Shown here one piece after another: positions 50,179-63,553 of a stretch of DNA of 64,000 nucleotides (the stretch's first letter is position 1; each line of letters opens with the position of its first letter). The translations under genes were made by a program, and so were the position numbers. Below the pieces are notes generated by a model, which was not told the origin of the DNA, made no database searches, and saw only the letters and a list, made by a program, of their open reading frames with translations. The stretch is taken from NCBI GenBank assembly GCA_951406725.2, contig OX597827.1, forward strand, positions 35,588,001 to 35,652,000. Direction: 5' to 3'. This stretch comes from Octopus vulgaris (taxonomy: Eukaryota).

Positions 50179-51412
50179 TTAGAAAAAAAACACTTTTATC
50201 AATTCAATAATGAAAAATTATATTATACTATTTAGAAAAATTACATATTATAGAAAGATTAAATATAAGATAAAACATATAACGATGATTAAACAATGTG
50301 CAAAATAATAAATAAAACTTATAAATTCTAATTTACATATATATATATATATAAAACTGAGATGGTGTGTCTGTCTGTGTGAATCCCTAAAACTTGAGAA
50401 CTACACAACCAAATTCATTCAAATTTTACACATGCCTTACTTAGGGTCCAGGGAGTGTGATGGGCAAAAAATTTCTAACTTCTTGCCTAGGGCGAGCCCA
50501 CAGCAATATCATATCTTCTCCACTATTTCAGTATTACGTGTTAAAAGTGAAACAAAAACATCTCTCTATTGTAATGTCAGATACTTTCACTTTAATACTG
50601 AAACTATTAAAGTCAAACTGTTATATAAGAGGGATGAACCATTAACAGTGGACATCTATTTTGTTAGAAGAAGATCCGCTATGGTCTTATATGCTACACC
50701 ACTGGTTTTCAATTCATTTTAATCAAATTAATATTCAATTTCTCACTCTTATTATTTTAAATTTAAATTTAAATCCAGGACCATGTGTTTTGGAACGAAG
50801 TTTATTACCACACATCCACACCTGCACCTATGTATGTGTGTGTGTATGTGTGTAAAGCTGTATATGTATACATTTATTTCTATACATATAGATGTATATG
50901 TATACGTGTATATGTGTAGATGTATATATATATAGATGTACATGTAATATGTACACATATATATTCACATATATACATGCATACATATATACACCCATAC
51001 ACACACACACATACACACACACATACATAGGTGCAGGTGTGGTTGTGTGGTGACAAACTTGGTTCCAAAACACTTGGTCCTGGGTTCAGTCCCACTGTGT
51101 GGTGACTTGGCATGTGTTTTCTGCTATAGCCTCAGACCAACCAAAGCCTTGTCAGTGGCTTTTGTAGACAGAAACTGAAAGAAATCAATCGTATATATAC
51201 ATATGTATATATGTAAGTCTGTGTGTGCGTCTTTGTGTTTCTACCTCATCACTGCCTCACAACTGGTGTTCGTTTATTTACATCCCCATAACTTACTAGT
51301 TTCACAAGAAGAAACTAATAGAATAAGTACCAAGCTTATCAACATAAAAAAAGCACTACGCTGTGTCCCATATTTTTGTTTGCCCACTCAGTTGTATCTA
51401 TCAACTTATCTT

Positions 51413-51448
<36 letters not shown>

Positions 51449-51476
51449 ATACCCACACAGACACACGCACACACAC

Positions 51477-51550
<74 letters not shown>

Positions 51551-51567
51551 ATATGTGTACATTCATA

Positions 51568-53145
51568 TCTATTATATCAAAGACAATGTCTTTATGTGTT
51601 TGTGTATTACTTATACATTCGAAAACTGCTGCACCGATCATAATGAAATTTGTAACACAAAATCGAAGCCTAGGGAGAAGGGTAATGCTGTGTGTTTCAT
51701 ACAATTTCATGGACCAAAATTACTGAATGGATCCTTATGATATTTAAAACTTAGATTCAATGCATAAGGGCGGGTATAATGCAATATGTTTGGTTTGAAT
51801 TTCAGATGGCTTAAAGGGGGCAGAACCCCTCTATGAAAATCATAAATTTTCGATGTTGATGAAATTTCAACCATGGGTAATTGACACGCATCAAGAAGTA
51901 TTCTCAAAGTTTCCACTTCACATGAGGATTCTAAGACACCCTAATGGGAGCCTTAACTCCCAAATTTTAGTCATTTCTTTTATGATCCAAAACTAAGTCA
52001 AAAGTACTGAATGGATCTTCACGAAATTTGGAAATTATATTCTATGCATAAGGGCCACAACCCCATGACAATTCATATATTTTTGCTGTTGATGAGATTT
52101 TAACCATAGATATTAGATACAAATGAAGTAATATTTATAAAACTTCATCTTCTTACAAGTTAGAAAGACCCCTTCATGGGGACTTAACACCCACAATTTT
52201 GTCATTTTATCTAAGCAAAGACGAATAGTTGTACTCTTGGAAGCTGTAGGGTCATCCGAGCATAGAAGATGAGCATCATTTGTAATTCAATGGTACAACA
52301 GTGTTAGAGTTTGCTTTGACATACACTTAGATTGTGATTTCTGCAATGTGCTGCATAAATTGTCAAGTAAATGAGAGGCATCTTTGCCTCCACTGATTCA
52401 GTTGCAAAGTGTTGAGTAAAGTTATTTGATTGCAGATCTTTCAGTCTTTTTATTATCACTGGGTCACACATAGTCCCCACATGGTAACATTGATTACAAG
52501 GCCTTCCCAGATGAGTGACTGGTTAATCAAAGACATTTATAGATTGTATATTTATTCTGTCCAGTTACGTATCAGTATAGTGGTCATTTGCAAACTCCAA
52601 CTTTCATTTTTCCTTAGCCCTCACGTCACACAGTTGTTAATGTTTATTTCGGTTGGATCACACCCTTCCAACTGCTATAGATTCGTAATGCATCTTACGG
52701 CTGTGCCTGTCACCTGGATGGTGAGGAATCCTACATTGGGAGTGGTAGCGACTAGGGTACTGTAGCTGACTGCTTATTGTGATCATTCGTCTTTTGGTTT
52801 CCTGTAGCTTTGCTCTCTTTTACAAACCCAGTGAACATATATTTCCATTTTCAAAGAAATTCAAACAATAGATATAAGACCCAAGTTAAAAAGATTCTCA
52901 ACAATTTAACTTCTCTGGTTGACATTAAGATGCCCACCCCCAATAGGGGCGTTAACTTTCACATTTTAGAGCTCCATGACCTCCATTTTTCAGGAGCAAA
53001 ATCCTTTTAACAGGTTCTATAAGAGTGGAATTTTGGAACATGCGCATAAAAATTAGTAGTATGGGATACATGTGGCACGATTACAATTTTGTTTGGGTGT
53101 GTAAAGAGGGAAATAAAACTCATCTGCAATTTTGATGAAATTCGA
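51568..53145 (+). mobile_element. Helitron-like element, 5' part (shares ~620 bp with 8512-9130)
   Basis: Starts A|TCTATTATATCAAAG, followed by gaaaactgctgcaccgatcataatgaaatttg. A similar 5' end occurs at ~50340-50750. Confidence 0.6.
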
Positions 53146-53610
53146 GAAGGAACAAACAAAACCATCAACAAATCATCTTCGCAGGTTGTTCCGGGCTCGA
53201 AAGACTACCATTACATTATTACTATTGGTGTTCATTAGTACAGATAGGTTTTTATTTTCTCAGAGTTCCTGTAATGATATTTAATTCCAGTCTCTGTCGA
53301 AAGTTTCTGGTTTCATTGGGAGGATTTTCGTGCCATGTTGTATATTGTTCATGTTATTTCTCAAATCCCACAAAAGTGGGGAATCCAATAATTGGGGGGA
53401 ATATGAACGGGTGTTGGTTTGTTTACGTACCTGTAATTTAGCAGTTCAGTAAAAAGTGACGATCTAAAGAGTACTAGACTTCAAAAATAAGTATTCTGCA
53501 AGACGATGCCCGACAATGACCCTAGTCTATCTAATGACTGAAACAAGTATAAGAATAAAAGAATGTGTATGTATGTGTGTGTGTGCGTGCGTGTGTATCC
53601 TTGTCTGTGT

Positions 53611-53704
<94 letters not shown>

Positions 53705-53707
53705 AAC

Positions 53708-53794
<87 letters not shown>

Positions 53795-53796
<2 letters not shown>

Positions 53797-54192
53797 GTTT
53801 TTTTATTAGCCACACGGCTGCACACAGACGGGACAGATTACAAAGTAGAGCTTTTCTTTTTGGGGAGAAGAAGAAAAAAAAAGTGGGGTCAGGTTTTTGA
53901 TCAAAAGGGATCGTAAAAGAAAGAAAAACAACGATCAATAGGTGTCGTGGATCACAGAAATGTCATGATGTAAAGTGTAAAGGGGGAAGCAGATAAGGTT
54001 TATTCGTGGAAAGAAAAGCCTACGGAAAAGACCACGGTAACCTCGGTCAATAATGACACATTTGTTTGCAAGTAAGTAACCCTCTGTTTTAAATTTTTCC
54101 GGGTTCATAGGATTATGCTCAAGGTGGCTTCGTCATTCATACGTGCCATCCTTGCTACATTCACCCATCTTTTTTTTAAACATTCGCTAAAC

Positions 54193-54195
<3 letters not shown>
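53795..54195 (-). mobile_element. 5'-truncated Tx1-clade LINE 3' end between two (GATA)n tracts
   Basis: Matches the 3' UTR and last codons of 54271-54715. (GATA)n at 53611-53794 and 54196-54270. Confidence 0.9.
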
Positions 54196-54270
<75 letters not shown>

Positions 54271-54271
<1 letters not shown>

Positions 54272-57200
54272 TGTTTCTTTATTAGCCACACAGGGCTGCA
54301 CACAGACGGGACAAATTACAAGGTAGAGCTTTTCTTTTTGGGGATAAAAAAAGGGGATTTGGTTTTCGATCAAAAGGGATCGTAAAAGGAAAGAAAGAGG
54401 AAAGCAAAAAAAGGGGGGGATAAAAAATAAAAGGAAAAAGAAAAAAATCGATCAATAGGGATCGTTATCACATAAATGTCAATGTAAAGTGTAAAGGGGA
54501 GGACAGGTGAGGTTTACCTGTGGAAGGAAAAGCCTACGGAAAAGACCACGGTAACCTCGGACAATGAAGTCACATTTTATATTTTTTTACAAATAAGCAA
54601 CTCTCTGTATTAATTTTTACGGTTCATAGGATCATAGTCAAGGTGGCTTCGTCATTCATATGTGCCATCCTTGCTACATTCACCCATCTTTTTTTAAAAC
54701 ATTCACTAGACAAAACTTGCCACTCTACTCTCACTTTCCTCTTCAAGTGATACTTGAAGAAGTTGATGAGAGATTGACCAGAGAGGAAAGTGTTTGTCTC
54801 TAATCCTTTCAGGCGCGTCCACCAGATACATTCTTTCGCCATAGCCACAAGTATGATAAAAATAGCACTTCCTTCCCGTTTGAAGGAAGGAGGCGTGACG
54901 ATATTAACGATAGACTCGGCTGATAAACCGATACGTCCCACATGTGACAGCAGTCGTTCGACATAAGCCCACAGGTCAGAGATTGTTGGACACTGCACGA
55001 GTGCGTGCAGAACGGTTTCGTCGCTCTGCCCGCATCTTGGGCAGGTTGGCCCCGTGTTTCTCGAGCCATACCTATAGAGCTTATCCCGAACGGGTAGCGC
55101 TTCTCGGTAGCACTGCCAGGCCAGGGATCTCTGGAAGTTGTCCATAGCTCCCGGCCCGAAAGTCGTCTCAAACAGGCGGGTCAGGTATTCCTCGTCGACG
55201 CCCAGGTTCGCCCCAAGATCGTTGTCGTACCTCCCCTCCACTAATCCCCTATAGAATGCTTAGGTTGTGTTGAAGTCACTCAAGGTCGACCCGGGACGAC
55301 ATAGTTGCTTGAGAGCAACGCGACTCTCGCGGTGCCATTCGCCCTTCCTCGGCCTCTTTTTGATCCACGGCTGCAGTTCTGTCATGGAGACGAGCTGCGG
55401 GAAAGCGTGCCTCACGAACGGCGACCACACCTGTTCACCGTCGTCTACATAGAGCCGGAGATGTCGCAGTCTCAGTGCGTGTCTGCGCATCATCAACCAC
55501 GGCTTGCCCAGCCCTCCTTTTAACGGGTGTTGACAGCAAATGGATCGCCTGACCATCGGGACGCATCCTTTCCACAAGAAGCGGAAGAGAATGCGTTGTA
55601 GTTTGGTGATGTTAGGGTCGGGACAAGGTACGACAGTCAGGCGGTAGTAGATGATGGACGCGATGTACGTGTTCGCCACCTCCGTCCGACCTTTTAGGGA
55701 CACTTTCCTCTTGGCCCATTGCCGGGCGAGAGTGACCACCCTACTCGTTATCTTGTTCCAGTTCTTCTCCATTTGGAGGTCCGGACCGAACCAGACCCCA
55801 AGCAACTCAACCGGGCCGTCCGTCCAGCGTCCTACGACGGAGGTGCTGGTGGAGGGCATGGGCTTGCTTCTCCAGGTGCCGAGCCGCAAGCCCACTGACT
55901 TTTCCCCGGTTGATTTTCGCTCCTGTCACCGCTTCGTAGTCTTTCAATGTCTCGCCAACCAGCTCGATGTGCTCGTGGCTTGACACTATGACGGTGACGT
56001 CGTCCGCGTATGCAGACACGCTCGTCCCGCATCCCAATTCTCGCGGGATGCCCCTCGGAGTCGCCAGCTTCCTCAGTAGTGGCTCGAGAGTCAATACGTA
56101 TAGAAGCGATGAGAGGGGGCATCCCTGACGGACCGAACGTGCAATGTCGAAAGGTCTCGATAGATGTCCATTTACGCGAATTACCGAACGGATACCTCTG
56201 TACAAAGCAGCTATCCAGCCGCGGAAGACGGAACCGAAACTCTCAGGACTGCCTCCAAGTATCGATGGTCTACCCTATCGAAAGCTTTTGATTGATCAGG
56301 GCCCCACCCATGCCAGGTTCCTTAACTACTCTGTCTATGATGTAGCGCATCAGATGAAGGTTGCCATCCATCCTTAGAGCACGCATCCTAGCCCTGACAC
56401 CACACCCTTCGTGTTTGGCGTTGAAGTGCTGGTCGAGGGCCAACCTCGCCGCTAAAACGTCGGATGTGATGCCGCTTCTTATTGCCTCTTCTAACTTCTT
56501 AACTAACTCACCCTCTACTTTATTTCTATCTACGGCTAGTGCCTTGCTATATCTAATTGCTTCCGCTTTTACTGCTCTCTTGAGGGCGAACCACCATTTG
56601 TTGTTGACGATGGCTCCCGTTAAAGCCCTCTTTACCAACGTGTTGATTCTGTCTCTGAAAACCTGTCTGGGCGGGAAAGATGCGTTCAGTTTCCAGTAAC
56701 CGGGACCCTGTCTATGTGCCTTATCTAAGTCTAGCGTACACGTCACGAATTTGTGGTCCGTGTAGCTGACTGTGTGGAATTGTGGACATCCTAAGTTATC
56801 CCTGTCTACTGTCCTACACAGTATTCTATCTAGATACGATCTCGACGACCCACTGCGGTTGCTCCATGTCCACGTTGGTGCATTTGGGTGGTCGAGTCGG
56901 TACCTGTCAGACAGTTGGAATCGTCTGAGCAGGTCTCTGAGGCATTTGCATCCCCATCTGTTTTTGTCTCTCCCCACATAGTCTAGATGCGTGTCCAAGG
57001 TAGCATTCCAATCCCCCACTAAAAGTAAAGGATGAGACGTTCCCAGGAATACTTCTAGACGTCGAAAGAAATCCGGCCGACCTGTTAAAGGCGGTGCGTA
57101 GACTGATACGAGTCGAAAAGCGCACCCATTTCTGCCGTCGACATCCAGGACGACCAGTCTACCCTCCAGGTCTACGAATATCGTCTTGACTTCGAGATAC

Positions 57201-57448
57201 AGGCTCTTGTGAAAAAGTTCCGCGGTGCCACTACCGCCCATCCTCGGCAGACAGGGAGAAAAATAAATGTTAAACTGTCCGCCAAACATGGACTTTAGGC
57301 CCGTGGCTCGTGGAGTCTGGTCTCACTTATGGCTATGATTCCCAAATCGTGTGACTTGATGTCATTTAGGAGGTACATTTGTTTCCAAGGAGACCACAAG
57401 CCACGCGCATTCACACAACCAATCTTGACCATGATTCTATTGAGGTTT
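54271..57448 (-). mobile_element. Tx1/L1-clade LINE: ORF2 (APE endonuclease, partly deleted RT, C-terminal Cys-rich region), frameshifted
   Basis: ATG at 57432 gives [18 protein letters not shown]. Further motifs: VSVYAP, LLVGDWNA, SYLDRI, SYTDH, GPGYWKLN, SVRQGCPLS, SAYADDVTV, LLGVWFG, KGGLG, CPRCGQSDETVLHALVQC. Confidence 0.95.
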
Positions 57449-57495
57449 GATAGACAGACAGACAGATAGACAGACAGACAGATAGACAGATAGAC

Positions 57496-57587
<92 letters not shown>

Positions 57588-58109
57588 GGGTGTGTGTGTG
57601 TGTTTGCGTTGATCATTAGGTTTGAATATATTTCACCAAGGACTTCGAATAACACAAAAAGCGCTTGTTGCTTTGAAAGGCTGATCCGCTCCCTCATGCA
57701 GAGTCTAATGGAGTTATTTCCCTTGACTACCTTTTTCTTGGACATTAGATACTGAAAGAGGGAGTTTTCATTTACTAACGCATCAATAATCGTAGTTGAT
57801 AGAAGTTTCTGAAGTCTCTGTATTACATATATGAAACCTTCTGGTGTTTTTGCTAAGTGTGCAGAACGCTGCTCTGAATTTTTTTCTGCTCATGCATATT
57901 GTTGATTTTTCTACAAGCCAATCAGCGCACATTGGTCGGCCCTTCCGTAACTGTTATCTTCTCTCAGTCTCTTTGTTTCTGTCTCCCTCCTCCACCTCTC
58001 TCTCTTCCCGTTCAATTTTATCGTATTTACTTTCCTTTCCGAGTAAGTCTCAATCTCAAACACCCCATACCCTCTCTCCCTCCCTCTCTCTTATACACGC
58101 AAACCGGAG

Positions 58110-58144
<35 letters not shown>

Positions 58145-58170
58145 GCTCATACACCTCTCATTCATACCTT

Positions 58171-58422
58171 TACTATTTCTTTACTACCCACAAGGGGCTA
58201 AACATAGAGGGGACAAACGGATTAAGTCGATTATATCGACCCCAGTGCGTAACTGGTACTTATTTAATCGACCCCGAAAGGATGAAAGGCAAAGTCGACC
58301 TCGGCTGAATTTGAACTCAGAACGTAACCGCAGACGAAATACTGCTAAGCATTTCGCCCGGCGTGCAAACGATTCTACCAGCTCGCTGCCTTACCAGCTC
58401 GCCGCCTTACCAGCTCGCCGCC
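58171..58422 (-). mobile_element. SINE family A (Tx1-type tail) with a triplicated 16-nt 5' end
   Basis: taccagctcgc(t/c)gcct x3 at ~58377-58422. Confidence 0.85.
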
Positions 58423-59236
58423 TTTCTCATTCATACCTTTACTTTCTTATCACCTCCTCCACTCTTACACCCATATTCCCCTACTTTCAATTCCTCACTT
58501 TTATTCATCTTGCTTTTTTCGCATCATCATTTTGTCTTTCTTTTATATATCAGACTTTGAATTTCAGGAAACGAATCCAAAATGGACAGTGCGTTCTGAA
58601 TGATTAAAAAATGCATCATTACTCGCACAAAATCCAGGGGGAAAAAATAAAATTTCTCTATATTTTATCTCGTTATGATAAATAAATAAATTTCGTAATT
58701 ATTCATAAGCATCAAATGATACAACATCCAGCGATTGTTTTGTTTTAGGTTTGAGAATTAACAGCTACCAAGGCGGTAATTCTCATCAGTGGACACCGGT
58801 CGGCGCATCTCTTCCTTATTGCCACACGGAAGCCTTCCCTTTCCATCTCTCTCTCTCTCTTTCTCTCTCCTTTCTTCTTTTCATTACTCCTCTCCCTTCC
58901 TCTCAGTTACAGTGACTACGGCTTGGCAAGTCTTAACACAGCCACATCAAAGCAAATGTGTGTGCATCTGTTATTTCGATGCCAGTAAAACAAACAGCAA
59001 CGCTGCCGGCAACTAATAATAATAGTAATAAAAATAACTTGTTTTGTGATAGAATCTGCAGAATGTCAAAGTGTTAATTTTAATACCTCTCTCTTGCACT
59101 CGCACTGACAACAACAACAGCGTCAGCAGTTAGAAGTAAGTTCCTCCCACTCTTAATTCACACTACCTGCTTTTCTCTTTCTGTCACACTGTACACTTTC
59201 TCTTTTTTATTCTATCAGGTCAAGACATACAATAGG

Positions 59237-59292
<56 letters not shown>

Positions 59293-61969
59293 CACATACA
59301 CAGTAGTGTGTGTTCTTGTATAGAAAAGTATTACATACATTGTAACGTCTGTATAAACCTGTTGATTTTTATTATTTGTATCTTTCTGCGTATCTTGTCT
59401 CGTATCAACGCATGAATTCGTATTAAATAGAAGAAAACACGCACATACATACACGTTAACTGTTTACCATATTTGGACATTAAACCAAGTGGACAACCCT
59501 GAGAAACTTTACATTTTGTGAATGGAGTTATCAGGTTTTGATGTAATGATCGTTTCCTCTTCCTAGGCCACAAATCTTTCTATTTTTGAAAAGGTTTAGG
59601 TGAAGACGAATATTAGAATGTTATGAGGTTCATGCTCTTTTTTTATTTGTGTATTAGCTGCATAAATGAATTGAAATTGCCTCGTAAAAAAGCAGACATT
59701 GGAACGTATATTACGTTGACGATAGTCAATTAATAATTTAGCGCTAATTACTTTCCTGATATCTACTTCAGGAATAGAAAAGTAACGTGTGTGCATATTT
59801 CCATATATAGGTATATACATATATATTTGCGCGCGCGCAACACATATGTGTGTGTGTGTGTGTACACACAGCTATATATCATTTAATGTCCATGCTCGCA
59901 CAGGTTGGACCGTGCGGTAGGATCCGAAAAAGGCAAGGACATGTAGAAGTGTTGGAAGGAGAATGGTTCGCAAGATCGCCGTTGGTATTAGCAGAGGAAG
60001 CCAAGTAAATAGGTAGATCGATGAAAACTGCAAAAATTTGAAGGTAAGGGGCATCTGGGTCAACTTGGAGAAGGGGAAGTAATTAACAGTGACAGGTGGA
60101 CAACGGTAGTAGATAAAGGTGAGAGTAGTGATGTTGACGAACGAGATGGCTGAGAGACACAACATGTAGTTAAAGTGTATTGGATAGAGGTATGATGAGT
60201 CCAAAGCCCCTACCTATATGTATGTAGGCTTTGCTGAAGAGCAAGTGAGCTGAGTGATGAGGGTAGAGTGATCAATACAGGTGGTAGGGATATGAGAGAG
60301 GTACCATTATTTAAGATGAGCAAAAAGTGGGATTGAGCAATATGTCGATGGAATGGAATGAAGGGTGTATAATGAGAGAGCAACAGATGTAAGACTAGCC
60401 GTGTAGAAATGTTGATTTTAAATTTTGGCACAAGGCCAGCTATTTCGGGGGAGGAGGTAAGTTGATTGAATCGACCCCTGTGTTCAATTGGTACCTATTT
60501 TATTGACTATGAAAAGATGGAAGGCAAAGTCAACTTTGACAGTATTTGAATCCAGAATATGAAGATGGATAAAATGCTCCTAAACATTAAATTCGGCATG
60601 CTAACAATTCTGCCAGCTTGCCACCTTGAGCAGCCTCTAAACTCATCCCATGAGTTAGAGTGCATGTGATGGATGGAGATGTCTTCTTCAGCATTTTGTA
60701 TTGCCAATCATCTTCAGGTCAGTTGCCACTACATTCTTCCAAGTCTTCCTTGGTCTCCTTCTTCCACAGGTTTCACATTTTTATGCAGTAGTCATCTTCC
60801 ATGCACAGTCCATGGAAGAACAGTCTTTTCTCTTGCACATTACAACAAATTCTTTTTATAACCAATTTTTCTTTCCGTTATTTTGTACTATGGCGTTCAT
60901 ACACTCTAACATTACACATCCATCAGAGCAGACTTGCTTCATTTCTTTCTTTCCTTCACAAGTCTTCTGTGTTTAAGGCACTTGCCTCACTACCATGCAG
61001 CAATGCAGTTCTAAACACAAGTATCGTACAATCTATCCTTCATTCTAAAGAAAAATACTTTCATCGCCAGAGAGTGTAATAGATTCTTGAACTTCCTATA
61101 ACATGTTCTTACCATGTCTACTTTACTGTCTGAACAACCTTCTCCCCTACTAATTATATGGTCTTGGTAACAGATCTTGGTAAACTTCTAGTTTACCCAA
61201 ATTTTAAATTTATTTAGTTTAAAATAATTTAACTTCTTTATGTATCATGATCATGTAATTCAGCAATTTAACAACGTTTATGTTAATGAAACAGCTGTTG
61301 AGCTCAAAATAAGAATTATATGTGAAATTTCTGCTTTTGTGTTAAATATGTTGCTCTTAAAAATCATTTTAGTTAATTATATATATGCATGTATGTCAGT
61401 CCCACTTGGATTTACTACAATGTAATAACATGTTGATGTTTAACAACCTGTTATGAATTGTCCTCTTCCTATCACCAACCACTTTATAGAGTGTGTTGGG
61501 TACATTTGTCATGGCACTGGAATGAGAAGAGTTGCCTCATATGCCATAAGAGGAAAGAATACTCACTATTCTAAGATGTATCTGCTTGCCCAAGACAATG
61601 TGGCAGATGTAGATGCAGAGTGATTGGTGTGAGAAGAGAAGTGAGAATGATGGGAAAATGGTAAGAATAGTTGATGGATGACAATAAGAAGTGGCTCAAA
61701 GAAGAATGGCTGATGACTAACTGTAAATAAAGGGTGAAGGAGAGTGCATTGGGTAGAAACATGTCCTATTAGGTTTCTTATACCTTGACCTCATGATGGG
61801 CAAGAGAGGTGCTGGTGTGGGTGGTTGTAGGTGGATTAAATGTAGGCAGGTCCCATACCATCCATTGTTGTATGAGCAGCATGAGAGATACAAATCTGAG
61901 TGATGGAAAAATTAATGATAGGAGAGGGTTTCTAAGATGCAGTCGAGGTAACAAATGCAGACTTGACTG

Positions 61970-62012
<43 letters not shown>

Positions 62013-62184
62013 TGTCTGAATAAAAATTAGAGATCTCAGAATAATATAGGGTACAAAATATATCATTTAATGTTTCTTCTTCCAAGCTGGCATGGGTTGG
62101 ACAGTTTGACAGGAATCAATGATCCAGAGGACTGCACTGAGCGCTAATGTCCACTTTAACATGGTTTTTCCAGCTGGGTGCATC

Positions 62185-62672
62185 GATTCCTTTGGAGACC
62201 AAGATCAATATTTTGGATTCTCTTCGTAAGGGCGAAAATGCAGCATTCTGCCTAAATGAAGCTATGTTAAGAACAATCAAAAAGAATGATGCTGCCATTA
62301 TAAGATCTATAGCTTCTGGAACAAAATTATCTGCCAAGCCGTTGTCATATACAAAAGACATGATTCAAGAAAAAAATGGAGAAAGCTTTAATAATATGGA
62401 TAGATAAAAACAGTCAAAAAAGGATACCAATAGATAGTAAAACCATAAAATGATTTCACAAAAAGATTAATGATCTAGAGTCATCAAGTGTGTTACATCT
62501 GTCTAGTGGTAAAAATAAGAATTTGGAGGCCTTCTAGAATTGTATTTACAGATAGTGGAAGCACTTCATCATCACTACTAAGACTGCTGCTGAAGAATTT
62601 CTTCCAAAACTAGCCAAAATAATTGAAGAAGGGGGTTACATTTCAGATCAAGTTTTCAATGCAGATGAAACA
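62185..62672 (+). pseudogene. pogo/Tigger (CENP-B-like) transposase N-terminal fragment
   Basis: IPLETKINILDSLRKGE...LRTIKKN and AAEEFLPKLAKIIEEGGYISDQVFNADET, cut off right after the first catalytic D. Confidence 0.8.
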
Positions 62673-63328
62673 CATGGGGTGTGATGGATAAATTGTTGCC
62701 ATTTTATATTTTTTTTATTTCACACATGCACACTGTTTCTTTTTGATTTTGTTGACTACACAGTATAGTAGGGTCACTTAGGTATTGTCTGTGAGAAAAA
62801 CAGCTCTATGACACAATTCACTCTGCCAGAAATTTGGAAATGACATGTACTGCTTGGCATTCATGCCAGAAGTTCCAATATGAACATTTCAGATTGGGTG
62901 TCAATTTGAGGATAGGGCTTGTACCAAGAGTGATAAAAATCAAACATCCAGTCAACATCATGATGTTTGGAGTGATCACTAGTGATGGCGAGGTTATGCC
63001 TGCATTCGTCTTCCCACATGGCCTCAGACACAACATAGAGGCCTTCATCGAGTGCCTGAAGGAGGTAGTGCTGCCCTACATCAAAAGGTTGGCTGCTGGA
63101 AGACCCTATGTCTGGAAACAGGACTCTGCACCATGCTACACAAGCAGGAAAACCCAGTCATGGCTGTCAGGCAATTTCCGTGACCACACACTCCTAACAT
63201 CTGGCTACTTAACTCCCCTGACTGCAAACTCCTTGATTATTTATGTGCAGAGTGCAGTTGAGGGAGAGACCAACAAAACTCCTTGTAACACCAAAGATGA
63301 ACTGAGAGCAAGGATTATGGCAGCATAA
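62673..63328 (+). mobile_element. Tc1/mariner (maT-like) transposase catalytic fragment with left end
   Basis: KHPVNIMMFGVITSDG..MPAFVFP..YVWKQDSAPCYTSRKTQSWL; 5' end catggggtgtgatggataaattg. Confidence 0.8.
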
Positions 63329-63508
63329 TAATAATCTGTCCAGTACCAGATCAATCCCAAAGTCTAATCAGTTCGTGTCAGTCATGAGGCCAAACATCCC
63401 TGAAAGTTTCATCTGAATCTATCTAGTGGTTCTTGAGACATTTTGTCCATGGACAAACAAATATGACTGAAAACTAAGGCGGAGGTAATGATAATAATAA
63501 TAATAATA

Positions 63509-63553
<45 letters not shown>

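Noticed and set aside
59872-60431. Hydrophobic minus-strand ORFs
   Set aside because: Compositionally biased and probably a very old retroelement relic; no motif I can name with confidence.
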